DNA of 64,000 nucleotides from Candidatus Poribacteria bacterium (lineage in GTDB: Bacteria; Poribacteria; WGA-4E; WGA-3G): positions 672,001 to 736,000 of the forward strand of contig OZ219753.1 of NCBI GenBank assembly GCA_964291315.2, given 5' to 3'. Position numbers and translations under genes: made by a program. This document shows, piece by piece, positions 49,838 through 58,196 of the stretch. The notes beneath the pieces are model-generated. The model worked only from the letters and a program-made list of their open reading frames with translations. It was not told the origin of the DNA and searched no databases. Within the stretch, counting starts at the first letter, position 1, and every line of letters begins with the position of its first letter.

Positions 49838-50881
49838 TTAAAACACTTCTATATGTGCGTTATCTCCTGTGGTGACTTCTCCAATAAGTGCTGCTTCTGG
49901 GCAATCGGCTGCGTGGAGTTCTGTTAGGGCTGCGTTGGCGTTTTCGGCGGGCAGCGAGAAGAGTAGTCCGCCGGAGGTTTCTGCTTCCATCAAGATATGC
50001 TTCATTGCTGCGTTGTCTGTTCGGAAGGTTACCTTGTCGGCGAGGAAGGCTTTATTCGCGAGATAGGCTTGCGTATAGGTGTTTTGTGCGACGAGTTTGG
50101 GTGCATCAGGGAAGTAAGGTATTGCGTTGCTGTCAATTTTTAGATGTGCGTTGTTTCCTGCTGCCATTTCTGCTGCGTGTCCTAGTAGTCCGTATCCGGT
50201 GATGTCTGTGCAAGCGGTTGCGCTGTATTTCAGCATGATTTGTGATGCGGATGCGTTGAGTCGTGTCATGGATTCGACGAGTTGCGGTAGGACGGTGTCG
50301 CTGATTTTGTCAAATTTGAGGCCTGTGGTAAGGATACCGATGCCGAGATTTTTGGTTAGTATGAGTGCGTCTCCGGGTTGTGCGCCGTAGTTTCTGACGA
50401 ATTTTTCGGGGTGCACGATACCTGTCACTGCGAGTCCGTACATTAGTTCTGGTGCGTCTACGGTGTGCCCGCCGACGAGAGCGGTTTCTGCTTGCATTGC
50501 TTTTTCGGTGCCGCCTTTGACAATATCGCCGAGGATGGACAGGTCTAGGTCTGTTTTTGGCCAGCAGGTGATATTTAGTGCGGTTTTTGGTATTCCGCCC
50601 ATGCTATAGACATCACTGAGTGAGTTTGTTGCGGCGATGGCTCCGAATGTGTAGGGGTCGTCGACGATGGGTGTGAAATAGTCGACGGTGTTAACGAGGG
50701 CTATGTCGTTGGCAATGCGGTAGATCCCGGCATCGTCGGAGGTTTCTGTGCCGACGAGGAGGTTGGGGTCGTTGGACTTTGGGATCTTATTTAAAATGTG
50801 TGCGAGCTCCCCTGGAGCGAGTTTTGAAGCTCACCCGGCGCATTTGACGGTTGCGGTGAGTCGGATTTTCTTTTTTGTCAT
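49838..50881 (-). CDS. selD: Selenide, water dikinase (selenophosphate synthetase), Sec-containing
   Basis: MTKKKIRLTATVKCAG-U(17; TGA 50833-50831)-ASKLAPGEL...DDAGIY...TVDYFTPIVDDP, in frame with ORF 49838-50602; GGHT, TDITGYGL, ETSGGLL. Confidence 0.95.
50806..50818 (-). promoter_or_regulatory. SECIS hairpin of selD
   Basis: GCTCC-AGG-GGAGC stem-loop starting 13 nt after the TGA. Confidence 0.7.
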
Positions 50882-50994
50882 TTTATTTCGTCTCTATTAG
50901 CAATTGGCGTGGTCGGTTAAGAACGTTATTGCGTTTGCACAATTGGGTTATTGATGGCTGAAAATGGGTTGGAACGTTTTGATAGTTGATTCTG

Positions 50995-51894
50995 CTATTC
51001 CTCCAAATCGGCTAAGACAGATTTCACGTAGGTTAGACTTCGGCTGTCTTGCAGGAATTGGTCCCCGTGGCGGACACCTTCGATTGCGCAGTAGCCGTTG
51101 TAGTTTGCGGCTGCCAAGGTTGAGATTGCAAAGCGGTAGTCGATTTCACCGTCAGGTAGCGGTGCTTGGACGTAGATGGCGGTTTCTAAGTCGGGGATAT
51201 GCACGCGGTAGAGGTTCTTGCAGTGCCAGTAGTTGACATGTGGTGCGACGGCGGTAATGGCATCTTCACAGGATTCTTCTGGGATGTCGTATGTCCAATA
51301 AATGTTGCCTAGGTCTGGATTTATGCCGACATTTGGTGCGTCGATGAGTTGGATCAGATGCAGTGCTGACCAGCTGTTATCGGCGATGGAATTTTGATGG
51401 ATTTCAATAGAGATATCTACTCCGAGGTCTGAGGCGATAGTTGCGACTTCGCTCACAGAGCTGGCTGTCAGTTGATAGTCGGCATTGGTTGCTAGGCGAC
51501 TTGAGCCTTGGGAAACGGGTTCTCCACGGTATGTGCCTTTTCCGTTTGGGTGGCGTGGTGGCGTGGTGACTGTGGCGTTGACGACACCTGCGCCGATTTT
51601 TGAGGCGAAGTGAACGGCTTGGGTCATGCGGTGTTTGTTGGTTGCTGCGACGCGCGGGTGTGCTGCGCCGCCTCCGCCGCGTATGGCGACACAAGGGGTG
51701 CCTGCGTCCTCTAGTTCGGCGCGGAGGTTTTTAATTTCGGTGTCTGTTAAATTCATTGCGGGGAGTTCGATTCCGTCGAAGCCGATGGCTTTAACTTTTT
51801 TTAGGAAGTTTTTTCTGTGTGTGGCTTCGGTGGGAAATCCTGGGCTGTTATAAGGGTATAAGGTGCATCGCCTAAAGGCGTAAGCGATCTTCAT
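50995..51894 (-). CDS. Sugar phosphate isomerase/epimerase (xylose isomerase-like TIM barrel)
   Basis: GFDGIEL, IEIH, NPDLGN, HCKN, GEIDY, YNGYCAIE. Confidence 0.85.
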   Translation of the reverse strand: MKIAYAFRRCTLYPYNSPGFPTEATHRKNFLKKVKAIGFDGIELPAMNLTDTEIKNLRAELEDAGTPCVAIRGGGGAAHPRVAATNKHRMTQAVHFASKIGAGVVNATVTTPPRHPNGKGTYRGEPVSQGSSRLATNADYQLTASSVSEVATIASDLGVDISIEIHQNSIADNSWSALHLIQLIDAPNVGINPDLGNIYWTYDIPEESCEDAITAVAPHVNYWHCKNLYRVHIPDLETAIYVQAPLPDGEIDYRFAISTLAAANYNGYCAIEGVRHGDQFLQDSRSLTYVKSVLADLEE

Positions 51895-52604
51895 TGATGT
51901 TCTCCTTCAAATAGATGGGCTACGGCTTGTTGAAACTGTTGAAAGAGCTGACGGTTTACAAAGCTTTCTGTTTGCGGTGGTTTGTGCTCGGTGTGTTTGT
52001 CAGTGCTCTTTTGTTGAAGCGTGGTGGTTTTCACCTCGGATTGGGCGTGTTGATGACTGTGGCATTTGGATAGTGTGGTTCGGTCGGCTGTTTTTTGCAA
52101 GGCGGTGTCTCGTTTGGAAATTGCGTCGAGGATGCTTCGGTAATACCATGCTTGGTGTTGGATACCTCCGTGGAATCGGTTCCAGACGGTGTCGCCAATT
52201 ATGTGATGTTCTGATATGATTGTTCGCAGGTTGTGGAGCTTGTCTGCGCATGTCACAGTGCAGACTTCTGGACTGGCAGCGCTGAGTGCTTCGATTCGTT
52301 CGGTTTTGCGTGCGCGCCAGCGGAGTGCTTTGTTTTCGGAGCAGCCGTCGACGATGTGTGCGATGTGTTTGCCGAAGCGTTTCTGAATGAAGTCTAGTGT
52401 TAGGTGTGTGTCTTCGATGGTGTCGTGTAAGATTCCTGCGATGATCACGGCTTCTGTGCATCCTGCTTCCATGAGTATGACTCCGACGGCATAAGGGTGT
52501 GTGATGTAGGGTATGCGTGTGCCTTTTCGGTATTGGCCTTGATGTGCTTCGGCTGCGATCTCTATGGCTTCTTCGATTTGGTTTTTTCCGGTGCCGTTTT
52601 GCAT
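51891..52604 (-). CDS. HD-domain hydrolase (RelA/SpoT hydrolase-like, small alarmone hydrolase type)
   Basis: AHQGQYRKG..PYITHP, AGILHDTIEDT, ADKLHNLR. Confidence 0.85.
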   Translation of the reverse strand: MQNGTGKNQIEEAIEIAAEAHQGQYRKGTRIPYITHPYAVGVILMEAGCTEAVIIAGILHDTIEDTHLTLDFIQKRFGKHIAHIVDGCSENKALRWRARKTERIEALSAASPEVCTVTCADKLHNLRTIISEHHIIGDTVWNRFHGGIQHQAWYYRSILDAISKRDTALQKTADRTTLSKCHSHQHAQSEVKTTTLQQKSTDKHTEHKPPQTESFVNRQLFQQFQQAVAHLFEGEHQ

Positions 52605-52715
52605 TGTGCTTGGAATTCCTATCCGTAAACGATTATCAACTTTACTATAAACCTAGTTAAATGATACACTATATTTGGCATATTCGTCAATATATTTTTT
52701 TAGGGGTGGGGTGCT

Positions 52716-52983
<268 letters not shown>

Positions 52984-53104
52984 TCGAACCCAGCAGAACG
53001 CACACGGCCAGCGAGTTTTAATAGAGCCCCGTGTAACATTGAAAAAATAGTGTTGAGACAGTTGATAAGGATCGGGTATAATATATTGATGGCTTCCATA
53101 AAGT
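52984..53104 (+). promoter_or_regulatory. CRISPR leader with candidate promoter
   Basis: AT-rich segment between the cas1 remnant and the first repeat; TTGAGA-N18-TATAAT at 53053-53082. Confidence 0.6.
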
Positions 53105-53373
53105 CTTTTAATCGAACCAGTATGGAATCAAAACTATTTACGAATCGAAACAGTATCTTATTGGCTGTGGCTTTTAATCGAACCAGTTTGGAATCAAAAC
53201 TCACTAGGTATGCCGAGCAGTGATAGTTGCATCCTTTATAATCGAACCAGTATGGAATCAAAACAAATGCGATACACTGAATAAGCCTAAGACAGCCTCC
53301 CTTTATGGAATTGAAACAATACCCCACCACCGGACAGTGCGGATCATCTAAACTTTTAATCGAACCAGTAAGG
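53105..53373 (+). CRISPR. Degenerate mini CRISPR array (5 repeats, 4 spacers of 33-36 nt)
   Basis: Repeat CTTTTAATCGAACCAGTATGGAATCAAAAC at 53105, 53171 and 53234; internally deleted copy CTTTATGGAATTGAAAC at 53301; truncated terminal copy at 53353. Confidence 0.9.
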
Positions 53374-53455
53374 TTTAGTAAGCGATCTCTTACCTTTTTT
53401 CGGTATTTCGCGGTACACTTGGAAATTATAGATTTACAAAGGAGAATTTACCAGA

Positions 53456-53656
53456 ATGCTTTTCCTGCCTTCGTTGATTGTATTCATTGTAGCAAAGCGG
53501 CGGTGGCTGAAGGGCATCGCTGTGTTAATATTGGCTATTGGGTTATTGTCACAACCGGAGTCCGTATATTATAAACTTATTGCGATCGCAATTTTTTATC
53601 CAATCATCTATCTTATTGTCCGTTTTATTCGTAAGAAACTGGGAGAAAAGGGCTAG
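53456..53656 (+). CDS. Small hydrophobic membrane protein (66 aa)
   Basis: AAAGGAG upstream, 2-3 hydrophobic segments, basic C-terminus; directly upstream of zorA. Confidence 0.5.
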   Translation: MLFLPSLIVFIVAKRRWLKGIAVLILAIGLLSQPESVYYKLIAIAIFYPIIYLIVRFIRKKLGEKG

Positions 53657-53743
53657 CAAATTTAACTGTGAAGCCTTTTCGGCGTTGCTTGTTTTTCTAT
53701 GTTGTATTATAATTGCGAATGATCAGATTTGTAAGGAGGGTTT

Positions 53744-55879
53744 ATGGATGTTTTTATCTTTACAATAATATATATTTTGGTCCAAATTGTTCTTGTAGGT
53801 GTGGTGTGGCACCTTCTGAAGAATAGATGGCATACACATGCCAACACAGCGGCATCAATTCTAACAATTATTGGTATATTTGGAACATTTGGGGGAATCT
53901 ATTGGGGACTTCAAGATTTCGATATTGTAAATATTGAACGGAGCATTCCTGATTTATTAGGGGGTCTAAAACTTGCTTTCCTAACCTCGCTTGCCGGTAT
54001 TTTGTCTGCAATTATTTTGAAAGGAAGGTCCTGGGTAATTAGCATCCAGGATTCGGATGAAGGTACAACGCTGGACAAGTTTGTAGATCAGTTAACAGCA
54101 ACGCTCAAAAATGTTCAAACGTCGGGCGAAATGAATCTTTTAGCGCAAATGGTAACATTGAACAAAACGATTAAAGATGAAGGTATCGAAACCCGCGGTG
54201 CTTTAGGTAGTATTAAAGACGATCTGGCTGGTATTCATACGTCTCTGACTGGAGGGCAACATGAGACTGTTGTGCAATTACGCGGGTTAACAACTACTGT
54301 TTCGGAGAAGCATGATACTTTAACTGCAGCTATTGTCGAAAAACATGAGGATCTGATCGCATTACAGAGGGAAGAGGGTATCAAAACGCGTGAAACGTTA
54401 GCTAATTTGCAGGGGGCACTTACTGAGGGTCAAGGTGCTTTGAATACGCAATTGGAAAAGTTAGCGGTGACTTTTTCCGAGAAGCATGATTCACTGATAA
54501 AGGAGTTCCATGCGTTTTCTGAGAATGTTGCTGAAGGTATTGCGAAACTTGCGACTGATGAATTGATTGAGGCGCTTAAGAGTGTGATTGAAGATTTTAA
54601 TGCCAAGATTACTGAGCAGTTTGGTGAAAATTTCAAGCAGCTAAACGAAGCGGTTGGGAAAACGGTCGAGTGGCAAGAGCAGTACCGTCAACAGATGGAT
54701 GAGCTGGCTAATGAATTTCGGATTGCAGCAGAGAGTATTGAAAAATCCAGAGAAGCGGTTGCGTCAATAGCGGAATCGTCAAATACAATTGCGGTCCGGA
54801 GCGAGCGTATTGTGGATTGTACTGAAAAATTGGATCCGATTCTTCACACGCTAAACGATCAATTGGATGCTTTCAGTGCCTTGCGTGAAAGGGCGCTTGA
54901 AGCGTTTCCGCTGATTGAGGAGAGATTAGACGAACTTACAACGGGTTTCTCGAGTACTGTTCAGACAGCAATTGCCGATTCACAGAAAAGCGTAGAGTCC
55001 CAGCGCGGGGCGCTAGCAGAACAAACTGAACTTATAGAGAGGGTCGTTGGAGATAACACTGAAAAATTCGATCGGCTTAGTGTGCGCTTTTCGGAGTCCG
55101 TTGAAACTACTATTGCTCAGGCTCACGCTAGCATGAATCAGCAACGGGAGGCGTTAACAGAACGATTTGGGGAGCTTGAAAGTAGCACTGCGGCTGCTAG
55201 CAGAGAATTTCAGGAAACTATAGCTGGTGTTGGATCTCAGCTTGACGATGTGTTTGAGAGAAGTAAAGACCATATGGTTCAGTTAGCGACGAGCTTTGCT
55301 AGAAACCTCACCCAGCGATTGGAAGACACTTTAAATGAGGTGACGACAGCTTTTTCTGATACGGTGGCGACGGCTATCGGTGATTCCCATAGAAGTATGG
55401 AATCTCAACGTACGGCATTGGATAACTATAGCACAACTCTTCAAACAACCATAAATGAGGTGACGACAGCTTTTTCTGATACAGTGGCGGCGGCTATCAG
55501 CGATTCCCATAGAAGTATGGAATCTCAACGTACGGCATTGGATAACCATGGAACCACTCTTCAAACAACCATAAACGCACTTGGAGGACGAGTCAATGAT
55601 ACAATGCAAGAGGTCTCGCAGACGGCTGATGCGTCTCAATCTGCTATAAAAGTTCAACAACAGGCGGTGTCACGTCTTACCGATGAATTGCAATTAAACT
55701 TCAATAGATTGGAGACAGAACTGGAAGCAAGTTTGACAAAATCTCTGAATTTATTAGGAGGAAGGCTTGCAGGACTCTCTGAAAAGTTTGTTGAGGATTA
55801 TAGTCCATTAACAGAAGAACTTCATAAACTTGTAAACTTGGCAAAAAGTAATCAGAGGGATGACGATTTCCCGTATTAA
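53744..55879 (+). CDS. zorA: Zorya protein ZorA (MotA-like TM domain plus long helical tail)
   Basis: LTIIGIFGTFGGI, LLGGLKLAFLTSLAG, DFNAKITEQFGENFKQLN, EKFVEDY; AAGGAGG RBS; followed by MotB-like and HNH genes. Confidence 0.88.
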   Translation: MDVFIFTIIYILVQIVLVGVVWHLLKNRWHTHANTAASILTIIGIFGTFGGIYWGLQDFDIVNIERSIPDLLGGLKLAFLTSLAGILSAIILKGRSWVISIQDSDEGTTLDKFVDQLTATLKNVQTSGEMNLLAQMVTLNKTIKDEGIETRGALGSIKDDLAGIHTSLTGGQHETVVQLRGLTTTVSEKHDTLTAAIVEKHEDLIALQREEGIKTRETLANLQGALTEGQGALNTQLEKLAVTFSEKHDSLIKEFHAFSENVAEGIAKLATDELIEALKSVIEDFNAKITEQFGENFKQLNEAVGKTVEWQEQYRQQMDELANEFRIAAESIEKSREAVASIAESSNTIAVRSERIVDCTEKLDPILHTLNDQLDAFSALRERALEAFPLIEERLDELTTGFSSTVQTAIADSQKSVESQRGALAEQTELIERVVGDNTEKFDRLSVRFSESVETTIAQAHASMNQQREALTERFGELESSTAAASREFQETIAGVGSQLDDVFERSKDHMVQLATSFARNLTQRLEDTLNEVTTAFSDTVATAIGDSHRSMESQRTALDNYSTTLQTTINEVTTAFSDTVAAAISDSHRSMESQRTALDNHGTTLQTTINALGGRVNDTMQEVSQTADASQSAIKVQQQAVSRLTDELQLNFNRLETELEASLTKSLNLLGGRLAGLSEKFVEDYSPLTEELHKLVNLAKSNQRDDDFPY
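55332..55575 (+). repeat. 120-bp (40-aa) tandem duplication within the zorA tail
   Basis: NEVTTAFSDTVATAIGDSHRSMESQRTALDNYSTTLQTTI repeated near-identically. Confidence 0.95.
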
Positions 55880-55938
55880 CAGATCGTTATCGGTTATGTT
55901 CAGGGAAAAGAGGGGCTTGATCGTATCGTATTTCGTCG

Positions 55939-56135
55939 GCTTGATAATTAGTGGGTTCATCTACGGAGGCACAGGAAACCGACAGCTTATGCTATAAGCA
56001 CTATGGCATAGGCTGCTAGTCTATGCTAAGGGCTACTGCACAGGCTGCCAGCCTATGCTACAGGTGCTGCTGCATAGGAAACCGACAGCCTAGGCTACAA
56101 GGATTATGGCACAGCAGAACAGGTTCTGCTACAGA
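55939..56135 (+). repeat. REP-like palindrome cluster between zorA and zorB
   Basis: About 5 copies of GCAYAGG(CTGCC|AAACCGAC)AGYCTATGCTAC. Confidence 0.8.
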
Positions 56136-56192
56136 AGAACTCTACTCACTCTTTTTTCATTCACGTTATCATGGAAGGAAGGGGGTTAATAC

Positions 56193-57149
56193 ATGATCGA
56201 GAGATTGTTTAGTACACAGGGACAGGAGACTGAGGAACACTGGGTCTCTATATCTGATGTGATGACAGGGTTAATGGTTATATTTCTCTTTATCGCTATT
56301 AGTTATATGGTGAATGCTAAGAACAAAACCGATCGAATTGATGAACAGCTTCAAGCTTACGCCAAGTTGCGGGAGGATCTGTCTAAAGAGTTGGAGGAAG
56401 AATTTGAGGGAACTCGGGAAAAAAGAGAGAAGTTTCGGGAGGAGTGGCGGGGGCATTTGGATAAGACAACGCTAGCTATCGGTTTTAAGGAGCAATTTCC
56501 ACAAGGCAAAGCTCATCCTCCGAATGCTTTCAGAGCGATCTTACGCGATTTTATTCCGCGCTACATCGGTATTTTAACCAAGGCTAAGTATAAAGATGAG
56601 ATATCGGAGATTCGTATTGAGGGTCATACTTCTAGTGAGTGGTTTGAGCAGGTCACTGGGAATGAGGCGTATATTAGGAACATGGAGTTATCTCAAAATC
56701 GGGCGAGAAATGTGCTTGATTATGTTCTATGGTTGGCACATCGGAAAGATGGTGCGTGGTTGCGGAAACATTTGACTGCTCATGGGTTATCCTCTAGCCA
56801 GCTCAGACTAAATCTGGATGCTGTCTATTCGCGTCCTACGAACACTTATCGTATCGTAGAAAGGGAATCAGGTATTTCGTCAGGAGAGATTCGTCAATTG
56901 CACCAACAGATTCGTCGTTTGTCAAAAGACAGCAGGGGTAGCCGAGAAGATGTTGTCGCCACGCTTAGGCAAAAATTGCCGGGGTCTGAATATAGTGCTG
57001 TAGACATAGAGAGAGCGGTAGATCTCCTGATGGAAAATAGGGGCGAGTCTCGGCGGGTCGAATTCCGGGTTGTTACAAAATCTGAAAAACTTATTGAGGA
57101 ACTTCGGCAAGTTATGAAACTAGATGATAGATTAGGAGAGATAGATTGA
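56193..57149 (+). CDS. zorB: Zorya protein ZorB (MotB/OmpA-like) with an insertion in the OmpA domain
   Basis: HWVSISDVMTGLMVIFL (conserved Asp), IRIEGHTS, NMELSQNRA, SRRVEFRV. Confidence 0.9.
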   Translation: MIERLFSTQGQETEEHWVSISDVMTGLMVIFLFIAISYMVNAKNKTDRIDEQLQAYAKLREDLSKELEEEFEGTREKREKFREEWRGHLDKTTLAIGFKEQFPQGKAHPPNAFRAILRDFIPRYIGILTKAKYKDEISEIRIEGHTSSEWFEQVTGNEAYIRNMELSQNRARNVLDYVLWLAHRKDGAWLRKHLTAHGLSSSQLRLNLDAVYSRPTNTYRIVERESGISSGEIRQLHQQIRRLSKDSRGSREDVVATLRQKLPGSEYSAVDIERAVDLLMENRGESRRVEFRVVTKSEKLIEELRQVMKLDDRLGEID

Positions 57150-57988
57150 ACCTGCCAACAGTATTTCCAGAATTAGATAAACTTTTAAAGAAGATGAAGG
57201 TATCATCTATCCCGATTATAGATACCATTGATATTAAATTGGTACGGGACGGCGTAATTGTTCCTTCACCGAGCGATTATATAATTGTTGATGGAATTCC
57301 TACAGTTAAAGATAGGAAAGTTGTTCTTCATCTACAAGACGCTTGGAATTATCAAAGCAGATACGGTAGCTATCCTAAGTACCATGTTGTGAACTGTACA
57401 ACGCTTCAAGATATGCAAAGAAGAGGGGAGTATGATAGGTACCATGCAACAAGAAGATCGAGTGGCAATTTTCTAGTGAAACTTTCTAGTAGCGATGAAT
57501 TAAGCCCTTATAAGCTCAAGCTCTGTAGAAATTGTTTGGGTGAATTAGAGCAGATGTATGGTTTGGGTGTGTTTCCTAAAGATCCAGCGAAATTCCCGCT
57601 TGCAGATTGGCTTGAGTCTTTTGATTATGAGTTTGATTATTCATCGCCGGAGTGGCAGGAGCGTTCTAAAGCTTGCCGTGAAAGAGCACATTGGAGGTGT
57701 GCGGCATGCAGTATTGACCTAAAAGATGATCCTTATTTTCTGCATGCACACCATAAATGGGGGACAATATTTAACGATTCTGAGGACTTAGTGGCACTCT
57801 GTATCGGTTGTCACGCGGAGCAGCCCGGGGATGGTCATCAACTCTTAAGAAATTATCCGGCATATCGAAAATTCATGGAGAAATATGGAAGTAGACCGCG
57901 CCCTGTTATTAGGACTCATCAACATCAGGTTTTTCAGCAACAAGCTGGGTATCTTACAGAGGTTACGGAAGAGGACATACCGCTCTAA
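57146..57988 (+). CDS. zorE: HNH endonuclease, ZorE-like effector (Zorya type II)
   Basis: Overlaps the zorB stop; KYHVVNC, LCRNC, CAAC...LHAHH...N...LVALCIGCH. Confidence 0.8.
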   Translation: MNLPTVFPELDKLLKKMKVSSIPIIDTIDIKLVRDGVIVPSPSDYIIVDGIPTVKDRKVVLHLQDAWNYQSRYGSYPKYHVVNCTTLQDMQRRGEYDRYHATRRSSGNFLVKLSSSDELSPYKLKLCRNCLGELEQMYGLGVFPKDPAKFPLADWLESFDYEFDYSSPEWQERSKACRERAHWRCAACSIDLKDDPYFLHAHHKWGTIFNDSEDLVALCIGCHAEQPGDGHQLLRNYPAYRKFMEKYGSRPRPVIRTHQHQVFQQQAGYLTEVTEEDIPL

Positions 57989-58026
57989 GCTGTTTGCATT
58001 GCTGGTGAGGTTCTACTTTAACGCGA

Positions 58027-58180
58027 GCTTGATAATTAGTAGTGGGTTCACCCTGCGGAGGCACAGGAAACCGACAGTCTCTGCTACAAGGGCGGAGGCA
58101 CAGGAAACCGACAGTCTCTGCTACAAGCACTACGGCACAGGCTGCCAGTCTATGCTACAAGAACAACCTATGCTACAGGA
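58027..58180 (+). repeat. REP-like palindrome cluster downstream of zorE
   Basis: Same unit as 55939-56135, including the unique lead-in GCTTGATAATTAGT..GGGTTCA..CGGAGGCACAGGAAACCGACAG. Confidence 0.8.
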
Positions 58181-58196
58181 ACTGAGGAGGCAGAGG

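Noticed and set aside
53135-53352. Self-targeting of spacers within the window
   Set aside because: No match noticed by eye; a proper alignment is needed to exclude partial matches.
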